Below are positions 20,946 to 32,387 of a stretch of 64,000 nucleotides of DNA, piece after piece. Under the pieces are notes generated by a model. That model did no database searches. It had not been told where the DNA came from and worked only from the letters and a program-made list of their open reading frames with translations. Origin of the DNA: an uncultured delta proteobacterium (GTDB lineage: Bacteria > Desulfobacterota > Binatia > UBA9968); assembly GCA_963745035.1 (NCBI GenBank), contig CAVUVW010000013.1:1728001-1792000 (forward strand), written 5' to 3'. The position numbers were made by a program, and so were the translations under genes. Position 1 is the stretch's first letter; each line of letters begins with the position of its first letter.

Positions 20946-22190
20946 CTACGAACAGGACCGACCCAAAACTCGCCGCAGCGCCTCACAAGCATCCACATGA
21001 CGGAGTGACACCGTTTCTGGATCGTTTCCATTGACGGGGTGGCCGCTGTCGACGAGTAGGTCCTTCACCTCCCGCGGCGACAATTGTGGATTTCCTTCGA
21101 GCAGTAAAGCAACAATTCCGGAAACATGAGCCGTGGCAAAGGAACTGCCGGAGAGAAAATCGTAGGCTCCAGTGGGCACTGTCGTCAGGATCTCGACGCC
21201 TGGCGCGGCCAGTGGCGTTGGATGTTTGCCCACGCGCGCACGCACGCGACCCTGTGCGTCACTGGCGATCACAGCGATGACTGTCGATAAGCTGGCGGGA
21301 AAGCTAAGCGCTGGATCTCCATGTTCCATCACGGCAGCGACTACTGTGATGCTTTGTTCGCTTATGGCTTTTACGATCAGCCGCCTAAGAAGGGGATCAG
21401 GAGGTCCGGATAAGCTGAGGTTTAGAACCCGAACCCGCTCAACGATAGCAGAGTCGATCGCCTTGGCGAGGGTCCAGCTACTACACCACGCCTCCGAGGT
21501 TCCGGGCCGACGATGCCAGCACGCTTTTACAGCCAAAAGGTCAGCATCAGGAGCGATTCCGTAGATTCCCATCCCATTGTCAGCCCGCGCCCCGATCACG
21601 CCAGCAACAGCAGTGCCGTGATGATCGGACGTAAACGTCTTTTCGCCTCCCTCGACAAAGTTAATCGTCTTGACAACTCGATCCCTGAGGTCGGGATGGT
21701 TTGTATCCACCCCAGTATCGACAACAGCTACGCGCACACCTCGACCTGTTACCCAGGCGTGAGCTCGGTCAGCGCGGACCGCGCGCGGCCCATATTGAAG
21801 AGACGCGTATGGATCTCCAGCGAGCGCTCCGAGACCCTGGAAAAATTGGTTCTGCTGAACTGATTCCACGCGAGAGTCAACCGTTAACTGCGCCAGCACA
21901 TCATCGAGCGGACGATTTTCGCTTACCTGAAAAACAACGCATTGCACGCCGAGCGAGGTAAGCGGAAAAGCGCCGACCTGATCCAGGCCATACTCACCTG
22001 AAAGCTCTTTGGCGAGGGTTGCCCACACCTCTGGTGTGGCCGGAGCAAGGGTGACAATCAGCTGCCGAGCCTGTAGCTGCCTGGGAAGTGCCTCAGCCTC
22101 TTCACCCATTCCTTTCTGTAAAGCGAGACCGCTACACCCGGCAGTCAACAGCGCCAGTCCAGCAACAAGAGGCAATATTCGTATCATCAC
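20946..22190 (-). CDS. S8 subtilisin-like serine peptidase, probable lipoprotein
   Basis: VAVVDTG, HGTAVAG and SGSSFA catalytic triad; LTAGC lipobox. Confidence 0.9.
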   Translation of the reverse strand: MMIRILPLVAGLALLTAGCSGLALQKGMGEEAEALPRQLQARQLIVTLAPATPEVWATLAKELSGEYGLDQVGAFPLTSLGVQCVVFQVSENRPLDDVLAQLTVDSRVESVQQNQFFQGLGALAGDPYASLQYGPRAVRADRAHAWVTGRGVRVAVVDTGVDTNHPDLRDRVVKTINFVEGGEKTFTSDHHGTAVAGVIGARADNGMGIYGIAPDADLLAVKACWHRRPGTSEAWCSSWTLAKAIDSAIVERVRVLNLSLSGPPDPLLRRLIVKAISEQSITVVAAVMEHGDPALSFPASLSTVIAVIASDAQGRVRARVGKHPTPLAAPGVEILTTVPTGAYDFLSGSSFATAHVSGIVALLLEGNPQLSPREVKDLLVDSGHPVNGNDPETVSLRHVDACEALRRVLGRSCS

Positions 22191-22916
22191 GGCTGTTTCG
22201 CTTCCGCTAAACGCACTTTCGGATGTGACCGCAACAACGCAAGTCGCTCCTGAGTTTGCGCAGGTGCTTCGCGATCGTCAGCGGCTAAAGCTACAGTGTA
22301 GACGGCCATCGGGGACGGGCCTGCCACAATCGTGGCTCGAATGCTGCTGAGCAATGTCCTGATTTCCCGCTCAGTGATATCGTCGGCAAAAACCACTTGA
22401 AGGTGCACTCGACCCGGCTCCGGGCCGCTCCCCGCGTCCGACAGTGTCTGATAGAGGAATGAAGGAGCGACCGAAGCCTGCCATATCGTAGCCGCGGCAA
22501 GCAGGACGATCGTCGCAGTCTGCGCGGCCAGTGCCCAACGAAATAAAGACGGTGTCTCCTGAAAAACAAGCCGGATTTTTTCGATCCACTCGCGAACACG
22601 AATCCGCCAGCGCTCCGGGGCGGCCGACGCGCTCGGCACGGTCGATGCGCTCCATTAAGCGCGCAAGATGCTCCGGTGAGGCCGTCCTCGCAGCCTCTTC
22701 GGAGCTGCGGACTGCGGTGGCGATGGACTGGCATCGCACGACCTCGTCCGCGCAGCTCTGACATCTCAGAATGTGGCGAGCGACAAATTCGTGTTCGTGA
22801 CCTTCCAAAGTACCGTTTACGTACCAGGGCAGGATCTCCCACACTTTTTGGTGGTCGTTCCCATCGGATGGATCACTCGGGTCTCGCATATCGTTTAGAT
22901 TCCTTCTTCTGATCAT
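22187..22916 (-). CDS. zf-HC2 anti-sigma factor, split by a frameshift near 22635
   Basis: LPWYVNGTL...HILRCQSC; TM segment and periplasmic domain continue in a second frame. Confidence 0.75.
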
Positions 22917-23605
22917 GATCCTTTCGACTCAGCGGCGAACAGTGTAGCCAGCCGTCGGCGGGCATGGAACATTCGCGTCTTGACCGTGTTCACAGGGCAC
23001 CCGACAATCTTCGCGATCTCCGCGTAGGACAGGTCGTGATAGAAGGTTAGCTCCACAACCACCCCTTGCTCAGGAGGCAGGCTGTCAATTGCCCGCGCCA
23101 CAGCGCTCGCCAACTCACGGTGGGCCCAGGCATCCTCAGGACCACTGGACTCGACTCCGGAGGGCTCCGCCTGCCGGAGCTCTGTATCGAACTGAGCAGA
23201 CCGTGCCCGCGCCTTCAGCGCCTTGTAGTGAGCAATGCCCAGGATCCAGGTTGAGAGGCGCGAGGTTCCATTAAAGCGCGACGCGGTCTGCCACACCACC
23301 ATCATCACGTCGTTCAGCGCTTCCTCAGCGATTTCTCGCTGGCGGATTAATTTCCACAAGTAGCGGTAGACCACGGGTGAATAGCGGTGATAGAGGGTCT
23401 CGAACGCTTGGCGGTCTCGTTCGACCACGCGCCGCATAAGGTTCAGCTCGTCCTCTAAGGCGGAGGGTTGCATGGGAGCCTTTCCAGGCATGAGTTGGCC
23501 CACGGTGGGGCCATTCGCTCCCGCATGCACAGCGCCCCTCAATGTAGGGTAAACGTATTGCCCCAGCAAGTAAAAACCTCGTAGATGGGGCGTTATCTCA
23601 TCCAA
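22913..23605 (-). CDS. ECF RNA polymerase sigma factor
   Basis: AFETLYHRY, LSTWILGIA, SYAEIA..VGCPVNTVKTRMFHAR; true start probably near 23470-23490. Confidence 0.9.
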   Translation of the reverse strand: MDEITPHLRGFYLLGQYVYPTLRGAVHAGANGPTVGQLMPGKAPMQPSALEDELNLMRRVVERDRQAFETLYHRYSPVVYRYLWKLIRQREIAEEALNDVMMVVWQTASRFNGTSRLSTWILGIAHYKALKARARSAQFDTELRQAEPSGVESSGPEDAWAHRELASAVARAIDSLPPEQGVVVELTFYHDLSYAEIAKIVGCPVNTVKTRMFHARRRLATLFAAESKGS

Positions 23606-23744
23606 TGCGATGGATATAACTCTGCCCTCCTACTCCCCCTCCGTCAGTTTCGATGTCTACACGTATATCCCTGAAACCGACGCCTAGGTTCTCTATCGAC
23701 AGTGTTTTAATGAAACAGCTGTCCACTTATTTGTGGAGCCAAGA

Positions 23745-23937
23745 GGGCGGGTCTCAATCCGCCCCTACAAATCCCTATTTTTTTGCGACCTTTGCGTTCT
23801 TTGCGGTCAACCCTCCGCATCCGAATCTTCTATCTATATGATCCTTGTGCCCTCCTTCAAAAAATAGGATTAGAGAAAGATCTCTCACTTCGTTCGAGAT
23901 GACAGCATTGCCATTCCGAGCGGACGCGAGGAATCTT
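23745..23937. repeat. Cluster of three unrelated small repeats: GTAG-type REP-like hairpin, TTTGCG 9-mer tract, and a palindromic pair
   Basis: Minus-strand GTAGGGGCGGATTGAGACCCGCCC; tttgcgacctttgcgttctttgcg; agatctctcacttcgttcgagatgac / cattccgagcggacgcgaggaatct. Confidence 0.55.
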
Positions 23938-24448
23938 TCCCAGGCATTTTCATTATCCGTGGGCGAGCGTAAACTCATGTCACACTTTGTGGTCAAATCT
24001 CTTATCCGCTTTGGTTGCGGCTTTGCCGCGCTAAGTCCTTAGAGCCTCAACTTTGCCGGTGAATTTGCCAGCGTAAGCTTCAGCAGGCTCGCGCAGTGCG
24101 TAGGTTTCGTCTGTTTCTAGCACTTCGCGATGCATCGCTTTGATTCCAAGCTCATTTCGATGTTTCGAGAATTCCCTAAACGTGGAAGTCCCCACCTCCG
24201 CATTGTATTTGCCGTTAACGATTTGAACGGAGCAAAGCGATTGAACGATTTGAACTGAGTGAAATGGTTGAACGAGTTCTCTCTACTGTTGCCTGTTGCC
24301 TCGTGCCTCACGCCTATTCGTCAACGACTTGAACTGAGTGAAACGGCTGAACGATTGGAACTCTTACCTCCGGACTGTTGAGCACTTGACGAATTTCGCT
24401 CTCCGGGGATACATACGTGCATAGGAACAACTCAATGGAGGAACTCAC

Positions 24449-24856
24449 ATGGAGACCAAGGCGAAGCCCGTTCCGAAAACTGCGGTGCAGGTGGTCAACA
24501 CCAACTGGCAGCCCGGTGAGCGCAATGTCAAACGGCTCGCGCGCAGCGAGCTGCTCAATATCCTGCTGCACCACTGGGATACGGGCGGTGAGGTGGCGCT
24601 ACACCATCACACCGACGGCGATGCTACGTGGGTCGTCGTCGGGGGCGAAGTGACGTTCTATGGCGAAGACGACCAGGTCATCGCCAAAGCAGGGCCGCGA
24701 GAAGCTGTCCTGATTCCGCGCAATACGATGTACTGGTTCACCAATTCGGGAACCGCCCCGCTCGAGATGTTCCGCATCTCGGCGAAAGTCGGCGGCATCA
24801 GCGAAGGGGACGATCGCATCTACCACCAGCGAGTAACTGACGTGACCCAGCCATAA
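24449..24856 (+). CDS. Cupin domain protein
   Basis: LHHHTDGDATWVVVGGEV...LIPRNTMYWFTN. Confidence 0.8.
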   Translation: METKAKPVPKTAVQVVNTNWQPGERNVKRLARSELLNILLHHWDTGGEVALHHHTDGDATWVVVGGEVTFYGEDDQVIAKAGPREAVLIPRNTMYWFTNSGTAPLEMFRISAKVGGISEGDDRIYHQRVTDVTQP

Positions 24857-25222
24857 TCTGGCTGCAGTATTGCTGGGCGATCGGCGCGCGCTTGTTCGAT
24901 GGCGACAATCACTCGCAATGTGACAACGTCTGCAGCAGGACTTCCCCTAACTCCTCATTCGAGAAACTTGCCGCCACCCGCACCGGCTCCTTTCTGAACG
25001 GTTGGAAGCCCGCTTCATCTCCTCGGGAGCCGCCGTTTCGCAGACGGGTGAACGAAACAGAGTGAACGCGGCTTTAAACGATTTGAACGGAGCGCGGCGG
25101 TTGAACGGCTGGAACGTTTTGAACGAGCTCTTTCTGCTCACCCCTCACGACTCACTCCTCACTTCTTCTTCTTACTGTTGCCTGTTGCCTCGCGCCTGTT
25201 GCCTATTAGTTATCATTTGGCC

Positions 25223-25516
25223 TTAGCGCTCCGCGGGGGGTTCGCTCCTGTGCTGTCTTTCTGGTGGTTTCACAACAATGGTCTTTCGCTGCTCCTCTGT
25301 TAATTGGTCCGCCCTGACGAACCCAAGTGCTTCGTACTGGCGAACACAACTACTTACCTGATTGCTGACCATGATGGCCGACGTAATACCGCGCGCCATG
25401 CCGGAACACTCAACGGTTGTACCATTTTTGAGATTCACGAGTAGAACAAATGGCGAGGCACACCCAGCGAACAAAAAAGCTGCAGCAATTACGAAAGAAA
25501 ATCTACTCGTCCTCAT
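25223..25516 (-). CDS. Putative lipoprotein
   Basis: FAGC lipobox. Confidence 0.65.
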   Translation of the reverse strand: MRTSRFSFVIAAAFLFAGCASPFVLLVNLKNGTTVECSGMARGITSAIMVSNQVSSCVRQYEALGFVRADQLTEEQRKTIVVKPPERQHRSEPPAER

Positions 25517-25879
25517 GTATGCTTAATTAACTGATTGGTTGAAGGATTGTATTGCCGCGCTAAAACAGGTCAAGGGGAAAGTTGGCTGCGTTACCGTGTT
25601 AGATGAAAGAACGCCCCTGAGCGGTTTCTGGCGTGCGTTGCCGCGGCCCGTCAGATGATAAATCACACCGGGAAAATTCTAATCGTAGGGGACGCACCAT
25701 TGCACCGCCTTCTTTTATCGGATTGTCGGACGAAATGTGTTATTGCAAGACTTGACCCGCTACTTTTCTTCTCGCTTCGCGGCCGGCCGGCTTGAACGGC
25801 TTGAATTCTCGGCACGGAGTGCTTCTCGCACTCTGCCTGACCGTTTTTCAATGAAAAAGTAGCCTCTCCCCTTTTCTCT

Positions 25880-26368
25880 CTATTGTACTTTCGGCTCAGA
25901 CGGCAGTCCCTGACCCGTTTCCACTTTCGGCGTTGCTGGAGCTTTTGTCAGGGCTAAAATATTGCTCAGTACTTCTTCTATCATTTCTTGTGGAGATAAC
26001 CGGGTGAGCGATGTGTGGTAGGAGTTGCCGACAGCCAGAGGTTGATTATGAACGGGCTCTCTCAGTGTAACAGTGAGCTCAAGCAGATACAGCGTGATGT
26101 CCCACATCCACTTGTCTACGTAAGTGATATACGCGTCAGTCTTGTAGGAAGAGGGCGGCATTTCCGGCCCCGCCACGGAGTGGTAACCTTTCAGTGAGAG
26201 ATTGTCGCTGATCATCTGGTGGAGTCCTTGCTTATCTCGCGGCTGATGCACCACGTAGAAAGATTTAACTCGGCTGAGATCGGCGCCGGGCATCAGAGTC
26301 GCCGTCGCTCGGTTTATACAACCCGACACCGCTATACCGACTAAAAGGAACAAAGAGATGGATTTCAT
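25880..26368 (-). CDS. Putative lipoprotein
   Basis: VSGC lipobox; YVDKWMWDITLYL. Confidence 0.7.
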   Translation of the reverse strand: MKSISLFLLVGIAVSGCINRATATLMPGADLSRVKSFYVVHQPRDKQGLHQMISDNLSLKGYHSVAGPEMPPSSYKTDAYITYVDKWMWDITLYLLELTVTLREPVHNQPLAVGNSYHTSLTRLSPQEMIEEVLSNILALTKAPATPKVETGQGLPSEPKVQ

Positions 26369-26744
26369 ATACGCCTCCGTAAGCCAATTTACGCGCCATT
26401 CACGGGGTCGGGACCAGGCTATGTCCTTCCATCATCACCGGTTTCGTTCCAGAGGAAAGCGTTTTGACGCCTTAGAGCCTCATTTTCACCGGCAAATTTA
26501 AGCCCGTGTGCGGATAAATCCGACGTTGAACGTTTGAACGATTGAACCGTTGAACGAATTCTTTTCTTACTGTTGCCTGTTGCCTCGTGCCTCACGCCTA
26601 TTCGTTGGCTCGCGCAGCGCGTAACTTCCATCGGCTTCGACTTCCGATGTGCGAAGTTGGTGCTCGCTTCTAAACGACTTGAACGGAGCGAAGCGGTTGA
26701 ACGACTGGAACAACTTGAACTGGCCCCGTTTTAAGCCAAGCTCG

Positions 26745-26977
26745 CTTTTCACCTTCTCAACAAAAGACCGACTTCCAACCGCGATTGCTTCCGACCAGCG
26801 ATCGTCGCGGACCGGTAAGCCATTCTCCAGTCCTCGCTCAACCACTGAGCGCTGTTCTCTAAAACGTTTCTTGGTTCTTAACGTCTTGAACGGAGCGAAG
26901 CGATTGAACGATTTGAACGGCTTGAACGAATCAAGTTTACGTTGAACGGCTTGAACGTTTTGAACGGGCGTCAGTCT
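26745..26977 (+). repeat. About 235-bp direct repeat flanking ftsH (second copy 29151-29383)
   Basis: Distal ~135 bp almost identical; proximal part encodes DDRWSEAIAVGS..FVEKVKS on the minus strand. Confidence 0.85.
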
Positions 26978-27005
26978 TAGTTAGGTTGGACGTGCTCCAG
27001 GCGCC

Positions 27006-28844
27006 TCAAGCAATGGCCGCCGCGCTCGCTGGTGTGAACGGATGTCCACCGTTAAGGCTGAAAGCTCGGACTATGGCGTCAATCTCCGAACCGTGCAGGA
27101 CCTCTTTTTCGAGCAACTTCTCGGCAACTTCATGTAGCAGTCGAAGATTGGTCGTTAATAAGTCCTTGGCCCGATAGTAGCTCTCGTCGATAATGCGCCT
27201 GATCTCGGCGTCGATCTCAATGGCAGTGCTCTTGGAATAGTCTGTTTTCTGAGTAAAATCTCTTCCCAGAAAAATCTCTTCTTCTTTTTTGCCGAAAGTC
27301 ATTGGCCCTAGCTTTTCGCTCATTCCCCATTCACAGACCATCCGGTGCGCCAGATCCGTGGCTTTCTCGATATCGTTCCCCGCGCCCGTCGTTATGTGCT
27401 CGAGCACAAGCTCTTCGGCCACTCGGCCGCCAAACAGGATGACCAAATTATTGAGCAGATATTCCCTGGGATAAGTATGTTTTTCGTCCATAGGCAGTTG
27501 CTGCGTAAGACCCAAAGCCATGCCGCGGGGAATGATCGTCACTTTGTGGATTGGATCGGAGCCCGGCAGTAGCTTCGCCACCAAAGCATGGCCGGCTTCA
27601 TGATAGGCCGTATTGCGCTTTTCTTCGTCGCTGATAATCATGCTGCGCCGCTCGGCGCCCATGATGACCTTGTCTTTGGCTAGCTCGAAGTCGACCATGT
27701 TGACCTTTTCCTGATCATTTCGAGCGGCCAACAAAGCTGCTTCATTTACGAGATTCTCCAAGTCCGCGCCGGTAAGCCCGGGCGTGGAGCGCGCCAGTAT
27801 GCTCACATCCACGTCCGCTGCCAAGGGAACCTTGCGGGAGTGCACGTGCAAGATACCTTCTCGCCCTTTTATGTCCGGTCGCGGTACGACAACGTGCCGA
27901 TCGAACCGCCCAGGGCGGAGCAACGCGGGATCCAATACGTCGGGCCGGTTGGTCGCGGCGACAAGAATAACTCCTTCGTTGGATTCGAATCCATCCATTT
28001 CCACCAGCAGTTGGTTCAACGTCTGTTCTCGCTCGTCATTGCCGCCACCAAAGCCAGCTCCACGGTGACGCCCGACGGCGTCGATTTCGTCGATAAAGAT
28101 GATGCAAGGCGCCTGCTTTTTACCCTGAACGAACAGATCACGAACACGAGATGCGCCGACGCCGACGAACATTTCCACGAAATCGGAACCGCTGATGCTA
28201 AAGAACGGCACTCCGGCTTCGCCCGCGATGGCACGAGCCAACAGGGTCTTGCCAGTTCCCGGGGCGCCCACGAGCAAACACCCTTTGGGAATTCTGCCGC
28301 CAAGTTTCGTGAATTTTTTCGGATCTTTTAGGAATGCGATGATCTCTTGCAGATCATCTTTGGCCTCATCCACGCCGGCGACGTCGCCAAAGGTTATGCG
28401 GTGTTGATTCTCCGTAAGTAGCTTAGCGCGGCTCTTGCCAAAGGACATCGCCTTACCACCGCCCACCTGCATCTGGCGCATAAAAAATATCCACACACCG
28501 AGCAGAAGCAGCATGGGAAACCAGTTAAGCAGTAGCACGATGTACCACGGCGAGTCGTCACCTGGTTTCGCGGCGATTTTCACCTGCTTGCCCCGCAATG
28601 ACTTCACCAACTCCGGATCATCCGGCGCAAAAGTTCCGAACGGTTCGCCGTTCTTGTATTTGCCCTGAATATTCTGTCCTTGGATCACGACCTCTCGAAC
28701 GTCGCCGCGCTCCACGCTCGCCGTAAATTCGCTGAAAATAATTTCCGGTGCGCGCGCGTATTGTTTGTTAAAAACGCTGAAAACCCCAAACAAAACGAGC
28801 ACCACGACCAGCCCAACTGCAATACGTTTTGATGATAGATTCAC
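27006..28844 (-). CDS. ftsH: ATP-dependent zinc metalloprotease FtsH
   Basis: Two TM segments, [16 protein letters not shown], second region of homology, HEAGH. Confidence 0.95.
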   Translation of the reverse strand: MNLSSKRIAVGLVVVLVLFGVFSVFNKQYARAPEIIFSEFTASVERGDVREVVIQGQNIQGKYKNGEPFGTFAPDDPELVKSLRGKQVKIAAKPGDDSPWYIVLLLNWFPMLLLLGVWIFFMRQMQVGGGKAMSFGKSRAKLLTENQHRITFGDVAGVDEAKDDLQEIIAFLKDPKKFTKLGGRIPKGCLLVGAPGTGKTLLARAIAGEAGVPFFSISGSDFVEMFVGVGASRVRDLFVQGKKQAPCIIFIDEIDAVGRHRGAGFGGGNDEREQTLNQLLVEMDGFESNEGVILVAATNRPDVLDPALLRPGRFDRHVVVPRPDIKGREGILHVHSRKVPLAADVDVSILARSTPGLTGADLENLVNEAALLAARNDQEKVNMVDFELAKDKVIMGAERRSMIISDEEKRNTAYHEAGHALVAKLLPGSDPIHKVTIIPRGMALGLTQQLPMDEKHTYPREYLLNNLVILFGGRVAEELVLEHITTGAGNDIEKATDLAHRMVCEWGMSEKLGPMTFGKKEEEIFLGRDFTQKTDYSKSTAIEIDAEIRRIIDESYYRAKDLLTTNLRLLHEVAEKLLEKEVLHGSEIDAIVRAFSLNGGHPFTPASAAAIA

Positions 28845-29597
28845 GAAATTGCTCCGTTCAGGGGAAACACCCCCTCCCGCACCGCTGGTGTTGATACTAG
28901 CTCTTTCGGGCACAGAAGGATACCATTGATCGTTGGCACCGATCCTTCTAAAACTTCGACCCAATTGCATTCTCTCTCAGCCGATCTCTATCGGCCCACC
29001 AAGAGAGAATTCACGGCCGAGTCCTAATTTGCCAAACGATTTGAACGAAGCGAGCGATTGAACGTTTAGAACGGCTGGAACGGTCCTCGGTTTATGGGGT
29101 GGGCGCAACGATTGCAAAAGAGCAGTTAGGGTCAGACTTCTACGACTCAACTTTTCACCTTCTCAACGAAAGGCCGACTTCCAACAGCGATCGCTTCGGA
29201 CCAGCGATCATCGCGACGTGCTAATCCCTTCTCCAAACCTTGCTCGACCACTGAGCGCTGTTCTCTAAAACGTTTCTTGGTTCTTAACGTCTTGAACGGA
29301 GCGAAGCGATTGAACGGTTTGAACGGCTTGAACGAATCAAGTTTACGTTGAACGGCTTGAACGTTTTGAACGGGCGTCAGTCCTAGTGAGCGGTTGAACG
29401 ACTTGAACAGCCTTGGCCGCCTCACCCCTCACGACTCACGCCTCACGCCCTTCTTCTTCCTGTTGCCTATTGCCTGTTGCCTATTCCAGTTGCCTGTTGC
29501 CCGTGCCTATTGCCTGATCGACGTTGAACTTTTGAACGATTGAACCTTGAACCGCGCCGCGAGGCGGGAGCGCAGGGCTGTGATGAACGAGGGCGAT

Positions 29598-30389
29598 CTA
29601 CCGTCCAGTGTTTGCCGCGGCGTCGGGCTGCATTTGCAGGAGCACGGTCGGCTGCACGGCGTTCGGCCCGACAAACGGGCGATCGTGCGCGGTGATCAAC
29701 AGGATGCAAACAGCAATGGCCGTCGAGAAGACTCCCATGGCGATGGCCGCCGTCGTCCGATTGTCGACGTGAACCATCGCAATCGCCGTCAGCATGCAGA
29801 TCGCCTGCACGATGAGACTCATCCACTTGACCGGATTCACCTCCGACTGACTGATCAGGATCCGTTGGCGGCGGGCATCGAGCGCGTTCTCGAGCGAGGC
29901 GACGATCGCCCGTTGCGCGGCCGCTTGTCCCTCACCTTGCACCGGCAAGGCGAGAGTGGTTTGCATCGCTTGCACCAATGAGGCTGCGACTATCGTGATC
30001 GTCGCGCGGCCGCTGGCCATCGCAGGCCACTCAGCGGTCTGTGCCTCGTGAATATGCTGACGGATCAATCCACGCAAATGAGCCGCCTTTCCCGGAAAGC
30101 TCTCGGACAGAATGACGACGTCTCTGAGCGCGCTGGCCTCCCGGTTGACCTCGATATGCGCCCGATCCTGGTCACGCCACGCCTCCGTCGCAAGAAACGC
30201 AACGAGCAACCCGAACATGATGCCGAGCGGAGACAGCAACGCTGGTGAGACCGCTTTGAACGCGTTCGCGCGCTCGCCGACGGCGAGCGAATGGACAACG
30301 AGAAGAATGGCGGCCGCGCTCAAAAACGTGCCTCCGAAGATTAGGATCGCCATCCAGCCTAACGGCAGGCCATGAAACCAATCGCTTAT
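29598..30389 (-). CDS. DUF4239-like membrane protein
   Basis: Four TM segments; LLVAFLA..AW...VNREASAL, DRPFVG; ATA codon at the RBS-predicted start. Confidence 0.65.
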   Translation of the reverse strand: MSDWFHGLPLGWMAILIFGGTFLSAAAILLVVHSLAVGERANAFKAVSPALLSPLGIMFGLLVAFLATEAWRDQDRAHIEVNREASALRDVVILSESFPGKAAHLRGLIRQHIHEAQTAEWPAMASGRATITIVAASLVQAMQTTLALPVQGEGQAAAQRAIVASLENALDARRQRILISQSEVNPVKWMSLIVQAICMLTAIAMVHVDNRTTAAIAMGVFSTAIAVCILLITAHDRPFVGPNAVQPTVLLQMQPDAAANTGR

Positions 30390-30868
30390 GTCGGTCCTCC
30401 TTTCCGAAGACGACGAGGTGGCGGAGTTACATTCCGCCGACACCTGACGTCGTCGCAAAGGCAGAACGCAAAGAGCATAGCGCCTCCAAGAGAGAATATG
30501 TTTTTCTTCAATGCGTCCCTGTCACCACCGCTGTGCCTATTTTGTACCTGAATTTGGGCAGAACATACACCTTCCATTGCCGAAAACAAAAGCCAAGCGA
30601 GCCTCGAAATGGTTGGATTTTCTTTTTAATGTTTGGTTCTGGTCCGCGCTGATCTGAGAGGTTGATCTAAGAGCTCGTAAACTCTGCCATCGGAGTTAGC
30701 TTGAACGAATCAAGTTTACGTTGAACGATTGAACCATTGAACCGTTGAACGAGTTCTTACCACTCACCCCTCACCCCTCACGCTCTTCTTCCTAACTGTT
30801 GCCTGTTGCCTCTCGCCTGTTGCCTATTCACGTTGCCTGTTGCCTAATGCCTACTCACGTGCGTCGGT

Positions 30869-31486
30869 TTACGGATTAAAGTTGTAGGGGCGTTTCATCT
30901 CAGGCGACATCCGCGTAAAATCCGGCTCCTGCTCCCAGGCGAGCGCAATTCTTTCACTGAAAACGATCAGCGCGTTCCAGTTGACGTTAGGGGTTTCAGC
31001 CATTTTGACCGCGCTGGCAATCGCATCGCGAATCTGGTTGTGACGGTCCCAAAAGCGGCGAATATCATTGGCGTCCGAGGTCACATAGTTGATGTAATGC
31101 CGGATTCCGGTCAAACCCCAGACAATATCGTACAGTCCCTTCTCCCGCTCGTTGAGTCGGACCAGCGTCAGGCCCAGATACAAGCGCGACAGACTGTTAA
31201 CCGGATCCTGGGCGAGATCACGCTCCAAGCTCTGGCGCGCCTGAGCATATTGACCGTTGAGATACTGCGCTCGGCCCAGATAGCTAAAAACGCCTTCCGA
31301 ACGATCGTCGCCAAACGAAAAACCCGGATCCGCTCGAGCAGCGACTTCAAAAGATTCGAGAGCGTCTTGATTTTGACCGCGAAACAACTCCTGCCTGCCT
31401 AGCCCGACCGCGCTCTTCGCGTGAAAAGCTCCGGCGCAAGCGGAGACTAAAACGCTCAATGAGAATAGCGCTACAAGCGCTTTCAT
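30869..31486 (-). CDS. TPR-containing lipoprotein
   Basis: VSAC lipobox; YLGRAQY and LYLGLTL TPR helices. Confidence 0.65.
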   Translation of the reverse strand: MKALVALFSLSVLVSACAGAFHAKSAVGLGRQELFRGQNQDALESFEVAARADPGFSFGDDRSEGVFSYLGRAQYLNGQYAQARQSLERDLAQDPVNSLSRLYLGLTLVRLNEREKGLYDIVWGLTGIRHYINYVTSDANDIRRFWDRHNQIRDAIASAVKMAETPNVNWNALIVFSERIALAWEQEPDFTRMSPEMKRPYNFNP

Positions 31487-32387
31487 CTTGTAATTTTCTA
31501 AGCGACCGACGATGAGATTCATTTCACCACCAAGCCCCAGCGCGGTTTCGCCGCAACCAAAGAACTCGGAAAATTCGCCACGGAAACACCGAGAACACAG
31601 AGCTGAGGAAAAGTTCTGATTAACATGGATCACACCTTTTCTTTTGCTGTATCAGTGATGTCACAAGGTTTGAAAGTCAGGAGTTGATAAGCCCTCCAAG
31701 ACTTCGTAAAGGGGCAGGCTACTTTACTTTTCGTTTTGCGGCCGACATGGTCGTCTCCAAATTCAAACGAGATTTTTCAATACTTAAAATTAAGGTGTTT
31801 GAAGGGTACCGGAGATAGAAACACGCAGTCAACAGACGTATGGCGCGCTTATAAACGGGACTCACCCGGGCTGTATCCCGGCGAAGCCGGGCCCAAGCTC
31901 CTTCGCCGTGCTTTCGATCAAACGCCGCCGGCAATTATTATCGTGAAGACTTTGTCGAGCAAGGAGGATAACAGCTGCGCCAAACAACCGTTAAGATTGG
32001 CTAGACCTAAAAGTTGGACCCCATGAATTCTGCATGACTCTGATTCGCGTTTTAACGTTTTAAACGGAGCGAAGCGATTGAACTATTTGAAACGTTTTGA
32101 ACTGAGCTTCAATATGTTTGCGGTTGAACGACTGGAACGATCGGACTGCCCGCGCAAAAGGAGATGCCTTTACGCCATCTTAGTTCGTGAAATCAAGCGC
32201 CAAGGCGCCCGGCCTTGAGGTTCGGCGGACACCTTCAATGGGTTCAGTTTGCAAATGGGCGCTGAAAATTCTTTAACACGTGGGTCTACAGGAAAGAGTC
32301 CCGCGCGGTTCCTGAAAGAGATCCTCCGATAAAAGAGATTACCTTCGATCCGTTCCACAGCCAGCTGATATGAAAGCCTCTTACGTT

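Noticed and set aside
31719-32358. Short ORFs between the TPR lipoprotein and GST
   Set aside because: No recognisable motifs or RBS
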